A DNA stretch of 64,000 nucleotides, from assembly GCA_030141605.1 (NCBI GenBank), contig JAQGDQ010000976.1, positions 1 through 64,000 of the forward strand, in the 5' to 3' direction. Below the pieces are notes generated by a model that ran no database searches, was not told the DNA's origin, and saw nothing but the letters and a program-made list of their open reading frames with translations. Each line of letters starts with the position of its first letter. Positions within the stretch are counted from its first letter, which is position 1. Positions 1-11,344 of the stretch are shown one piece after another. Source of the stretch: Tubiluchus corallicola. Lineage: Eukaryota > Animalia > Priapulida. Position numbers and translations under genes: made by a program.

Positions 1-209
1 TGCATAATATGAGTTTATTACATAATAATGTTATTATGAAAAACTCACAGCTTTGCATTATTACTTGTCATGCAGACAAAATTTAACAGTTTTACTTTTT
101 TTCATTAAAATCTGTGGATGCTAAAACACAGTTGCACAAAACCATTGCAAACAATGAAATTAACGTAGTAGTAATTCTGGAAATGTAGCAGAAGACTCGA
201 AATTACAAT

Positions 210-246
210 GGTGTGTGTGTGTGTGTGTGTGTGTGCGTGTGCGTGT

Positions 247-281
<35 letters not shown>

Positions 282-652
282 CATGCATGTGTGAATGACT
301 GTTTGCATGCGTGTGTGCGCATGTGTGTGTGAGTGTTTGCGTGCGTGCAAGTGTGTGTGTGTGTGTGCATGCGTGTGTGAGTGTTTGCATGCGTGTGTGC
401 GCATGTGTGTGTGAGTGTTTGTGTGCGTGCAAGTGTGTGTGTGCATAAGTGTGTGTGTTTGCATGTGTGCGTGTGTGTGAGTGTTTGCGTGTGTGCAAGT
501 GTGTGTGTGTGTGTGTGAATGACTGTTTGCATGCGTGTGTGCGCATGTGTGTGTGAGCGTTTGCATGTGTGCAAGTGTGTGTGTGTGTGTGCATGCGTGT
601 GTGCGTGAACGTGTGTGTGTGTGTGCGTGCACGTGTGTGTGTGTGCACGTGC
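210..652. repeat. Complex (GT)n/GCAT microsatellite
   Basis: Degenerate GT dinucleotide array; source of the His/Thr-rich ORFs at 105-763. Confidence 0.95.
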
Positions 653-1168
653 ATTATTTTAAAGAAGGAAAAGAACAGTGATTTTTTAAGTATAAGGCAA
701 TTTTCCATGCAAAAGTATGTTAGCATTATGCTTACCTGTTTAAAAGAATTATGGGAAAAGTAATTCTTAATAATTTAAAATGTTCATGTGAAACACTGGC
801 TCACCTATCCCAGTGTACAACTCTGACACACAAAACACAATTATTGATCTTATTGACAATATAAAGTAATTTACGCTTTTGCTTAGTTAATGAAGTAATT
901 TGTTCAAACTTTCCGCAATGTTATTTAAACTTATTTCAAACAAATGGCCATTAAATTTGCTGCATCTAGCTGTCATCATTGGAGTTTAAATTCATAAGTT
1001 TTAAACAGCGTTACTGCTATGGCTAGCTCTTTATGCAATAATACCTGATTACCCGATAATACCTTAAACTTTGATTATGAAGTATTTGTATAATCTTGTA
1101 TCTTCTTGTATTTTAAATCAAGTACATGTCTACAGGATTACACATTTAATCCTCTTTTTCTATTTCAG

Positions 1169-1845
1169 CTGTTTTAGACAACACCATTTTTTTGATTCCA
1201 AACGACAAGGTGGACAGCGGTCACTCTATGCTGCATAACAGAGGTCTACCTTCGTACGTCATCGGCACTGAACCAGGACGGGTGCCCATCTACGTCAGAT
1301 ACAAGGAGTCCGGAAATAGCATGGAAATTCAGTATAACATCTACTTTCCGTTCAATGGTGGCAAACAAGTTGGATTCCAAAGGTTGGGAAACCATTTTGG
1401 TGACTGGGAGAATATCAGCGTCCTCCTGGTGAACAGCAAGATCACGCGCGTGTACGTGCACGCTCACGGATCCAGCAACGCGTACGACTGGTCGTTCAGT
1501 GATCCGAAGATCCAGAAAGTGGATCAGTACCATCCAGTTGTCTACATCGCACACGCTTCTCATGGAACCTACTTCGTCCCCGGCGTTGACCCGTACAAAG
1601 ATGTACTCGGTATCAATATACTCAAAGATGTGACTGCAGATGGCGGCACTGAGTGGCGCACCTGGGAAGACGTGCAGGAGATGACCTGGGAGTTCCCGGG
1701 CAGATGGGGCACCCGACACGACCACTGGGGATCCACGGCCGGTACTTGCGTGTTGAGCAAAAAAGGTGGAGATTTGGATAAAATGACCGATGGACCGAGC
1801 GATCCAAATAATACCGGCAAAACTTCGGGATTCAAATGGCTGTAG
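1169..1845 (+). CDS. Terminal exon of a Vps62/DUF946-like protein (upstream exons outside the window)
   Basis: Acceptor cctctttttctatttcAG ends at 1168 (phase 1); frame open to TAG at 1843-1845. Motifs QYNIYFPFN, GNHFGDWE, HPVVYIAHASHGTY and FPGRWG resemble Vps62-family YxxFxPYN, GNHxGDWE and PVVYxAxGSH. AATAAA at 1865 and 1971. Confidence 0.75.
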
Positions 1846-2221
1846 GATGACTGGCCTGTAAAGGAATAAAATAGAAAGACAGAAATAATTTGAACTTGTC
1901 CGTCTTTGAAATTGAATATCGAAGGAACAATTTCAAGTTTATTTGTGTGGAAAAATGAAGTCTTACATGAAATAAAATGATGAAATTATACCAAATATTT
2001 GTTTTTTTCTAATTCCACATAATTTTCAAGATTTTTGTTGATACGAAATTTAACGAAGACAAATTAAGACATAGTTATACATCATGTACAGCACATCTAG
2101 CTGTGGAGTTGATGAAATAAATAAAACGATTATTTCTTTTTATAAAACTTAATGATACGTCTGGAAGATGAAAGACAATTAATTAAATTTTGATATCAAA
2201 CTTGAAATGTGAAGAAATTGG

Positions 2222-2290
2222 AACACAGCCTGGATTTGAAGCAGAGACCTTGTGCTTACAAAGCGGACGCCTTAGACAACTTGGCCACTC
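2222..2290 (-). mobile_element. tRNA-derived SINE head or tRNA pseudogene
   Basis: Minus strand reads GAGTGGCCAAGTTGTCTAAGGCG...GCTTCAAATCC: degenerate pol III A and B boxes at tRNA spacing, with no intact cloverleaf. Confidence 0.45.
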
Positions 2291-3100
2291 TATATCCCGA
2301 ATGTAATAGTAGACAAATTCAAATACACAAATACCCTGCAAATTCTAAATATATATATATTAGCAACACCATTGCTTTTGGTTTCCAAAAAAGTTATGAT
2401 GATTAAAAATAATCATAAATTATGATAATTGTTTGGGTATTTTTAGATGGGCTATACAACAGGAACACTGTCCTTTTGGCCAAAACAATACTTAGCTCAG
2501 CTCTCCAAGGTAAAGAAGTTACATCACAGATCGAGTACCAGCCTTTCCAGACAAATACGTTAACTACAGGTATGCTGGAACATGCCCTCTGGTCAGACCA
2601 ACAACTAACGTCTGTACCAGTGAAAAGTATCAACTCAACTGTCCAGAACAGGTATTGCTTTTTCTGCGATACCTCCAACAGGTAAGTACAAACCATTTTA
2701 AGTGACAGGGGTGAGGAGATGATGAAATGAAAGAACACATACAGCAGTGCAAGCCAAGCAAGCCATTTACTATCAAAATTAACAACACACACCTCACAGT
2801 GCTCATTGGTCCTACACATATTTTGTTTTTTTTTGAAAACTCGGAGCTTTTCCAGCACGGAATAATAAGCCAAATGACTGCTTAAACAACTGTTTAGATA
2901 TTTACTTCGATAGGTTTTTGCTGATGCAACAAAGTCCGCCGCCAAGATTGGCAATGAGTTACTATTAAAAGTTGTTTTTTTGCTTCCCTATTGTCCTAAA
3001 ATGTCAAAATAGTTTCTTGTGGTAGTAAGGTGAAATATTAATGTACATGACCGATTTCTGTCAAGCGTGTGTAATAGCTGCGTAACCACGATTTGTGCTT

Positions 3101-3368
3101 AGCAATCGAAGTTAAGTGTTAGTTAGATTGCTTACTTAATGGATGGATGAGTGCCAAAAATTGCTTCTCTATGGTTTCGTGTGCCATGCAATCTCTAACA
3201 ATCAAAGTTAAGTGTTGTTAGACTGCTTACTTAATGGATGGATGCCTGCCAAAAATTGCTTCTCTATGGTTTCGTGTGCCATGCAATCTCTAACAATCAA
3301 AGTTAAGTGTTGTTGCACTGCTTACTTAATGGATGGATGCCTGCCAAAAATTGCTTCTCTATGGTTTG
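3101..3368. repeat. Tandem repeat, about 95-bp unit, about 2.8 copies
   Basis: aacaatcaaagttaagtgttg recurs at 3197 and 3292, with a diverged first copy from about 3101. Confidence 0.9.
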
Positions 3369-3599
3369 CTTCTCTATCTCTAGCTATTTATCTATGAAAT
3401 GGGAATATCTATAGTGAGCTGAGTTTATCTGTGTGTCTATTTAGTTGCTCTTCGCGGACGGCAAAACGATTGCAAGGATTTTTAATGAAAGTTTGCGTGA
3501 ATCAGGGCTACTACACGCAATATGATAACTAATGCGAAAATAGTTAACAGTGGATCTGACCAGTAACCATGACCACGAAGAACTTACTGAAACTAATAA

Positions 3600-4090
3600 T
3601 TGTGGTTGTTGTTGGCATCCTTCTGTCTCGGAAGACAATAGAATGTGCGCCAAGAGAGTGCGTTCATTGAACGTCTCCAGGGCGCACGCCTGAGCAAGGT
3701 GTATGGAGATCCTGAGTCGCCCAGACAACAGGAACCCCCTCTCTTCCTTTCTGGTGTAGTCCAAAGGAAAGCAGAGCGATACGTTTGGCACGAGGTTGGC
3801 TGCAGGAGCTGCCGGAGTCAGTGAGCATGCTGCACTGGGGCTCCACTCCTGATTTGGAAGGTTTACTCATGGTCACTTGTGTTGGGTCACTTGACCTCCT
3901 CCGCCTTCTAGCCGTTGGCTGCTTGTGCAGCTCCTCCGCCTAGTGTCGAGATACAGTGTGGGCATCCCGCAAGCCTACAGCACCTGGTATTCCTAGGCGG
4001 TCACCCATCAAAGCACTAACCAGGCTCTACGTTGCTTAACTTCGGTGATCAGACGAGAACCAGTGTTTTCTACGTGATTTGGCCGTAGTC
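3600..4090 (-). mobile_element. Candidate 5S rRNA-derived SINE (SINE3) with RTE-like body and (CAA)n tail
   Basis: 5S head (4090-3971) lacks an oligo-T terminator and runs into a GC-rich body encoding ...ALETFNERTLLA (like the APE-endonuclease start TxNVRTL), then a TGTCT-TCCG-AGACA hairpin and a CAACAACAACCACAA tail. Confidence 0.6.
3971..4090 (-). pseudogene. Full-length 120-nt 5S rRNA-like sequence (probably a SINE head, not a functional gene)
   Basis: Minus strand GACTACGGCCAAATCACGTAGAAAACACTGGTTCTCGTCTGATCACCGAAGTTAAGCAACG...GATGGGTGACCGCCTAGGAATACCAGGTGCTGTAGGCTT matches metazoan 5S end to end with several substitutions; solitary copy. Confidence 0.92.
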
Positions 4091-4428
4091 TAATAGATCC
4101 ACGTAATAAAATAGTATGAAACTTTTATTTCTCCTAGAATTTATTGTTATAAAAACAGAAAGGATCAAATAGCATCTCTCAACACACGAGTAATTCATAT
4201 GTGGTTTGCCATAAAAGTTTCCATAGTTCTATGATAATAATGCCAATGCTATTATATATTATGCTATTGATATTGCTATAAAATTAAGGTCAATTATTAT
4301 CAGATTGTTATCCTGGCGAGTTATCAGTATATTAGCTAACCATATTGAGCAACGACAGACCCAACGAACTTTCTGCAACAATAATTATTATAATTTTCAT
4401 TGTCGCCATTACTGCCATCACCTCCATG

Positions 4429-4723
4429 CAGGGCCTATTTCAGGGAGGGAAGTGGGGATACTTCCCCGGGGCCTCACCCTCCAGGGGTGACAAGTATTAA
4501 AGACTGGTCTTAAGAATAAAGCAGTTTAGCTTTTAATTGTTCTTTCCTTTAACAACTGTTTAACTCCATATTTTCTCTTCGGAAATGCTTCTCCGGCGTT
4601 CTAGCAGTTCAAAAATTTTCTCGGCGCCAACCACGGTAGCGCCTGCCCCCGGCGCTCCCCCCTCCCCCGAAGGGGCCTCACACGCCCCACTTCCCCGGGC
4701 CTCGCTTAGACTGAAATAGGCTG
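4429..4723. mobile_element. GC-rich MITE with imperfect CAGG termini (hAT-like)
   Basis: cagggcctatttcag at 4429 versus ctgaaataggctg at 4711-4723; no clear TSD. Confidence 0.5.
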
Positions 4724-5018
4724 CAGCGTTCTTTCTTCCATACTCTTCATCATAGGTTAGTCTATCATCGACTTGTATCTGCACAAATAATTCTGCAGCC
4801 GATAATCGATAAATGCTGCATATATACATGTATGTTAATGCACCTGTGTGGTATTGTAATCGAACCGAAACTTTGTGTCAGAAGACAATAAGAGCATATT
4901 GTTCAGTACATGTCACTAAGCAGTGTATATATATATAGTATCAGCGTTTAGCCCTTTACTGATTGACTCCAGGTTAAAAACAAATGGTAAAAGTGACCAC
5001 AGATATTTGTGACCTACA

Positions 5019-5188
5019 ATGCTACAAAGTGGAAGTGTTCAGAAATTTTCTGAAATACATTCAGTTGTGATATTTATGACTACATTGTGTGCAGCAAAAG
5101 CATTGATGTGCGCAGATGGATCGGTTCAAGGCGTCCTCGTGGGCAAAAAGATTGGTCTAGCTCCTGATGCAACGGTTACGGCCGTCAG
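5019..5188 (+). CDS. PAN + F5/8C secreted protein, coding exon 1 (signal-peptide-like N-terminus)
   Basis: ATG at 5019, MLQSGSVQKFSEIHSVVIFMTTLCAAKALMCADG...; donor AG|GTAAGC at 5188/5189; phase 2 fits the next exon. Confidence 0.65.
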
Positions 5189-5257
5189 GTAAGCTAGAGG
5201 AACCAAAATAATTTTACGATGCCTAAAACTTGTTTTATATGCGTTTCTTAAACATTT

Positions 5258-5406
5258 ACACTGTAATCCTATCTGATGCATCTACAGTTACACTGTAAGC
5301 CTATCTAATGCATCTACAGTTACACTGTAAGCCTATCTAATGCATCTACATTTGCACTGTAAGCCTATCTAATGCATCTACAGTTACACTGTAAGCCTAT
5401 CTAATG
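5258..5406. repeat. 32-bp tandem repeat, about 4.5 copies, in intron 1
   Basis: Unit tacactgtaagcctatctaatgcatctacagt, running up to the acceptor region. Confidence 0.9.
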
Positions 5407-5420
5407 CTAACGTTTTGCAG

Positions 5421-5589
5421 CAAACTGGAGTGCAGCTACAGCCTCATGTTTAGTTCATTTTGGAGTTCGAACTATAACGAAGAAACACGCGAATGTCAAC
5501 TGTTTAGTGTCAATCTTAAAGAAGTTATTGAAGTTAGTTCTTCCGACGTTGTTCAGGATAGTGCATTGTGGGATATCATCTACATGCAT
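5421..5589 (+). CDS. PAN + F5/8C protein, exon 2 (PAN/apple-like module)
   Basis: Acceptor ttttgcAG ends at 5420; KLECSYSLMFSSFWSSNYNEETRECQLFS resembles the PAN pattern ECxxxC...SxNY...CxL; donor GTGAGT at 5590, phase 0. Confidence 0.7.
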
Positions 5590-5929
5590 GTGAGTAAGCT
5601 AAATATAGGCTTATTCTTTTAAAAGTAGCTGTGCTTTGTAAATTTTTTATAAAACTACATCATCGTCGACAATTGGGTCTAAAATCTCCCAAGTATTGCT
5701 AGACATTTTTATGGTATTGCAATTGACGTATTAACATGTATTGTGAGGCGTGAATAGTCTGAATCAAGAGCATTCGGCCCACTGCATCCTGAGTGTGTTC
5801 TCATGGCCCACCCACCTTCCCATGCATCACCATCATCTCCCGCCTTTTCCTTTGCATCCCCTCTGTTCTCTTCGGTTGTTTCTGGTGGAGACAGATGCGT
5901 GGGGAGAGCGGGTGAAGTGTGACATTGAC

Positions 5930-6420
5930 TCACCACCAATTTCCAGCTATGTACGAGCATGACAGGCTGTGAGCTATGTGAAATTTCTATGTCCTAGTGA
6001 GTAGTTGGCGTGTGATCAGGCGGTAAAAACCCTATGGCACAAGACAGTTCTTGGAGTGTAGAAATAACCTTGACCTTAAGAAAGGGTTCTTTCACACGAC
6101 ATGTGATAACAATAGCACAATGAATGAAGCTCGTGCTGCAATCATGACGAGAATACAGGACAATTTATTCATTGTTTTACCTTTAGATGCAGATAATACT
6201 GCCTTTGCATAAACAACTTGTACCATCTAGTGTGCTACTCTCCATGAATCTCAGCTTCTCAGACATGGCTGGGAGCTGGAGGCACTGGATGGCCACGGTC
6301 ACCCTATTCACTACACTCAATTTGCTCTCAGATGTCTGTCTGTACCAGCACCAGATCAGGAGAATAAGGGAAATAAGAATCAGGATGAGGAAGAGAAGGG
6401 GATGATGCGCAGAAGATGTC
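5930..6420 (+). mobile_element. Degenerate transposase-like relic (possibly Academ-type)
   Basis: Stop-interrupted fragments MTGCE, MNEARAAI and ...LRHGWEL... with an acidic tail recall the XPG-like C-terminal region of Academ proteins; weak, from memory. Confidence 0.25.
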
Positions 6421-6898
6421 TTATTCGTTGAAATGAAAATAATTACTCAGAATGCTGTGAGCCGAATGCGCTGATATAGACTGGTCACATGTCATAATCG
6501 TACCAATACGTCAGTTGCAATATTGTAAAAATGTTCGCCATAATCATGGGCTAGTGCTATGTCTAATCAAAAAGATAGCATTTTCTGTGTAATGCACTTT
6601 GATGACATTTTAAGTGATTTCATTTTGATTACAGTTGTAGCTATTTTGAACTGTAATTAATTCCACTGCCATATATTTATCAGTTATGTTAGCACTTGAC
6701 GTTCTCATTTCGGAAACGTTTCTACGACATTTTTGAGTTGAGTAAAAGCGAGTTTTGAGTATTGTACGAGTAACTTTGTTTGTGAGTGGGTATACACCTA
6801 AATCGGGAGCTTAGTTTAAGTGCATTTAAGGGTTCATGCTTATGAGAAATACATGAATCGCAACTAACAATGTATAATGCATAATCATTATAGCTTAA

Positions 6899-7334
6899 AG
6901 GAAAAATGGACGGTTGTGTAAAGATTAGTTCACAATAAAGAATGCTGTAAAATGTGAAAACTACAACAGCTTTTTTTTAAATCAAAGCTTAGATTAAATT
7001 ATAATTTCCTCGAATACTCAAATTTCGTTAAACTTTCGAAGCTACGCGCGAAGCTCAGTGAATCTACTAAGATTGGCAGCGGCGCCTTTTTTGTCACGTC
7101 CGCCTGGCCGGTAAATAGAAGGCGGTACCGTGATAACCATGATCATGAACTGCAGTGCAGTGTTACTTTCTGACGTCATATGACGTAGAGTCCAATTTCG
7201 TGACATCATGCGCTTAAGCAGTAACGCTTACGCAAACGTGCTTGACGCGCAAGGGAGATGCCTGGCATTGCACGTGGTTAGTTTATGACGCAAATTAAAA
7301 TGAGATTCAGTCTAAACAATCGTCCGGTCTTCCT
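6899..7334. mobile_element. Kolobok-like non-autonomous DNA transposon
   Basis: TTAA|aggaaaaatggacggttgt ... acaatcgtccggtcttcct|TTAA: imperfect TIRs with AG..CT termini and a TTAA duplication. Confidence 0.7.
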
Positions 7335-7884
7335 TTAAGCATGCTTAAAACGTTGACACGTATAAAGTGTCTGCGCAGCATGATACATGAATCTCGCCCA
7401 TGGTCGCTTTCCCTAAAAAGAGTATTTTAAATGATTTTAGATGCTTTAGTTCAAAAATTTCCAAGATGGAACTGCCGACCATCTTGAATTTTCCCTCTAG
7501 CGGATATTGTCGAGTTTTGGGTGGTACTTTAGGCTAAATATTTTAGAGGAGCTAAAACAGTAATTAAAACATGTTAACGAAACTGAAATTGTAGACTATT
7601 TCGTCTGTGCTTCAGCCTCCAGGCGTCCAGGATCACACGAGGAACACTTGGTTTTACTGATTTACTTTAATATCTGTTCCTATTTGAAAACTACGCCTAG
7701 GATTAATAAAAAAACACCTCTGTCCTTCATCTTGGTTACAATGGTAATGATGATGATGATGACTGTGCACGACATGCGCTAAATACAAGTCCAAAAGTCT
7801 TTTAGATGTAATTTATGATTTTTTATTGTCCAAAATGGGCAAGCATCGTCTCATCCCAAAATCAGTATCACATCATGACATATT

Positions 7885-7931
7885 TGACTGACTGACTGAC
7901 TGACTGACTGACTGACTGACTGACTGACTGA
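7885..7931. repeat. (TGAC)n microsatellite
   Basis: About 11 perfect units. Confidence 0.95.
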
Positions 7932-8441
7932 TTATGAGCGACTTCACTTCGTTTTATCTGAAGCAAATAAAAATATCTTTTTTCTAAACAAATGTCAAAA
8001 AGATAATTAACTGCTATGATGAAAATGTGTAATAATATGATGAAATATGAAGAAATCAAACTTACATCTTTGCCGCATCTTACTAACTTGCTAAAGAGAA
8101 CTCGACTGATAAAAATTTGTTATAAAACGACACGACGTACTGAACAAGAATGACTTCTTTCCTATCCTGTCTGCAAAATGAGGCCAATGGCCTATTTCCT
8201 GTCCTAGCTCACCTGGCTATCAATAGCCTAAATTTGCAAAAAACAAACACAAGGAGGCACCACGTGCTCATATCCAAAACAATGATGATGATGACAATGA
8301 TGATTATAACATTGCCTTAATAACCTATATCAATGATAACATCGAAGCAGAGTAAATAGCGGTGTCATTCTACGGGGGCTAAAATGTGCAAATTCTTAGC
8401 TAGAAGCGCCCTCTTCAGAAAATCATTCCGCTCATTTGCAG

Positions 8442-8636
8442 GGCAAAGCATTAGGAATGCGAGATGGTACTATTCCAGACTCGGCATTTAACGCAACGTT
8501 ATCAACTAATGCGGTTGCGGCACCGCCATGGCACGCCAGACTTGGAAATGCAGAAAGAGGCTGGCTTGTAGACGAGGGTGGGATTCTGACGATTGATCTG
8601 GGTGGAAAACGAATGATAAGTGGAATAACAACTCAG
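8442..8636 (+). CDS. PAN + F5/8C protein, exon 3 (F5/8 type C domain, N-terminal part)
   Basis: Acceptor catttgcAG ends at 8441; GKALGMRDGTIPDSAFNAT...PWHARL...GW...LTIDLGGKRMISGITTQ is typical discoidin sequence; donor GTAGGT at 8637. Confidence 0.88.
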
Positions 8637-8829
8637 GTAGGTGTTACTTCGAAAATGTGCAGATGAAAATCATTTGAAGCCTTTTTTCGCCTGGAGTTGC
8701 TTCTTTGTAAATCTCTCTTTTCTGAGAACAAACCACAGATACATTAATTTCTCTTTTTTCTGTTAATACATCGCTGGCAGTTGTCTAAAATTTTGTATTT
8801 ATTAAGGTCTGTTGCTGTGCTAATTAGTG

Positions 8830-9402
8830 ACGTTTTACACTAGGCGTTTTCTTTCTGCGGTTTTTTTCACACCATTAGATATACCAGTCAGTAAATATGA
8901 CAGATTTATAGAAACAAGCGCGTTAACTCTTCTACTTGGAAGAGGTTGCAAATCATTTAAATACAGGATAGGTATAACTGATTCAGATCTGTGTGTTTGC
9001 GGTTTGGACAGTGAAACCCCCAGAACATTTAATTTTTCATTGTCCGTTACCATTGATTAGACAAGATATAAGAGTAAATCTCGAACGCAGCTTAGAAAAT
9101 AATGACATTAGAAACATTTACAGAAAGAGAGACACTAATGTAATTAAAATGTATATAGACATTGTAAAAGAACTAACCCAAAATGATCTTACAGTAAACT
9201 GATTATACATTGATTATAAATATTGGATACCATATATATTTAGAATAAGTAAATCGTAATGCAAAATTGTCAGCTTGTTTAGTAAGAAATTTATTTAATG
9301 TACATAGTGTATAGACTTATTTAACATGTTTGTACTTTAGTGCCCTGCAAAAAGAGGGCTTATTGTATAATTTTCAATAAAGATTTTTAATAATAATAAT
9401 AA
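8830..9402 (+). mobile_element. LINE 3' end (C-terminal CCHC region plus tail)
   Basis: YRIGITDSDLCVCGLDSETP / EHLIFHCP across a frameshift, followed by AATAAA and a (TAA)n tail. Confidence 0.75.
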
Positions 9403-9482
9403 TCGCTGCGCAAAATTTATAAATTCGAAAAGATTACTGTTTACTGGTCAAAACTGGGTCATAACTTTTTCCTGGTTTTCAG

Positions 9483-9587
9483 GGATGTGAATCACAGTGC
9501 ACCCTTGACAAGTGGGTGACAGAGTATAACTTATCCTACTTTGACGGTAACATTTGGAAAGACTATCTGACTATAGATCAAACGGCG
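9483..9587 (+). CDS. PAN + F5/8C protein, exon 4
   Basis: Acceptor ggttttcAG ends at 9482; GCESQCTLDKWVTEYNLSYFDGNIWKDY (discoidin WVTxYxLxYSxDGxxW); donor GTAAGA at 9588. Confidence 0.88.
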
Positions 9588-10731
9588 GTAAGATCGTTAA
9601 ACCTTTCCTTCTGCATCATTACACATCGCACAGCAAGATACCATGTCCCGCAATTTTAATAAACAATAAATAAAGAATAAATAAAATTCTTTAAACAATA
9701 ACGTACAAATAAACAATTGAATTTTATATAATGATAGTTCAGATCCCATATTTGACTATTGTAAGTAAATAAGTAATTTTTTTTCTCCATAAATTTACCA
9801 TAATTTGACAATAAAATACACAAAAATACAACAACAGCAAAAATACGAACATGGGAGAAAGGGTGGCGAAAAACCAAAGGTTATCGAGTCAACCACCCTT
9901 CTCAGAAAGACAAGTAAACAAAAAAGACGCTAATGACAGCAGAACACAACTATTAAAAAATACATAAACGTCCATAAATACAAAAAACAAAAATACAACA
10001 ACAGCAAAAAAAACAAAAACCAGTCGTTCCTAAATATAGTCAAACACTAAACATAATTATATATGGTTCAAAACACAAAAGAGAAAAGAGAATATTTTAA
10101 TGTTCAAAAAAACAAGATTTGCAAGATAAAATTTCAACTAGCAAAAAGAAAGAAAAAAGGTAAAAAAGCAAGATAAATTGCCATGACACAATACATTAAT
10201 TAAAATTTTTTTTGTATTTGAAAGATAACAAATTTATGATCCAGATTTAATTATCATAACAGCAGAAAACAAATAAATAGACATAGACATTTTATTTATC
10301 TCCTCATTTACACCAGAATTGGCTATTATCGTTATAATTCATAATTAATCATGATAAATTATGGATAAAGGAAAGAGTTAGGGGGGTGCATGAGAAAGGG
10401 TAGTGAAAGACAAATTAGTCACCAAGTCAGCAGCCCTTCTCGGGTTAGTGGAAATTATAAGAAATTTGTAGCGCTGCTAATTTAACCTGTGTAATATAAT
10501 TATGAAGTGGGTTAAGAAAATCAAACATAAATTTATAGGAAGTAAAAGGTATGAGGTGGGCCACATAGTAGCGATGTTACGAAATGTTCAATGGATCCGG
10601 CACATTACAAACTTTTGATATTTGGTGATTGCAGCAATGGTGTAAAGCTATTGTTCCTTCTCCCTCCAAAATTACGATTTCGTTTAAATTCTTCGCCCTG
10701 TAGCAAACGTAGAAACCGCTGAAACATTTAA

Positions 10732-11286
10732 AGCAAAACCTGAACCCAATCTTAAACTGTAGGTCAATTTATTCTTTAAAATATTGAAAGGAAACACACT
10801 ATTTTTTCAAAAATAACTTAGGTGAAAGAATTATTACCACACAAACAGTTTCGCATTCGCGTCACTAGTTCTTTGCTGTTACATGCATTTCGCCATTCGC
10901 TAGTTAGACGGGCACAAGTGCCTGCATTTCGGAAACGTATTGCGCAAAAATCAGGTGCTGTGCCTCTCAGTACAGATGTGTTCGTTTACTATCAGCACAG
11001 TGGTAAATTTGAAATTCGAATTTTTATCTTAAAACAACTTGTCTAGTTTTAGTACAACACAATAAATATCTTACAGTGGCACTGTACTTCAATTTCCGCT
11101 TTCACAAACACGTGCAACACGCTCGTGGAATATTTTTGCTGTTGAAAATTATGTTAGTTTGTGATGTCATCGATAGTTGAGATCGCCCGCCATTAATTAA
11201 TATTTTAATCTATTATTTAATTATCAGAAATGCTTTGACAGTATAATTAGTACTAAAATGTACATGAAAAATCATCTTGTCTTCCT
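10732..11286 (+). mobile_element. Kolobok-like MITE family K1, copy 1
   Basis: TTAA|agcaaaacctgaacccaatcttaaactgtagg ... catcttgtcttcct|TTAA; the same sequence recurs five more times in the window. Confidence 0.8.
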
Positions 11287-11344
11287 TTAAATTAGATACT
11301 CCCTGTTCAGTTATTTGTTTTACCTAATGTAATTTGATTTCCAG

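Noticed and set aside
105-763. His/Thr- and Val/Cys-rich ORFs (also 13356-13805 and 31383-32112)
   Set aside because: Translations of (CA/GT)n microsatellites.
1246-1835. Antisense ORFs overlapping the Vps62-like exon
   Set aside because: Shadow frames of a GC-rich coding exon; no recognisable motifs.
3971-4090. Functional 5S rRNA gene
   Set aside because: Solitary, several substitutions including near box C, and no oligo-T terminator; better explained as a SINE head or pseudogene.
6187-6405. Extra exon of the PAN-discoidin gene
   Set aside because: An acceptor is present, but the phase-compatible frame has no recognisable domain and reaches a stop without a good donor; exon 2 joins exon 3 in frame without it.
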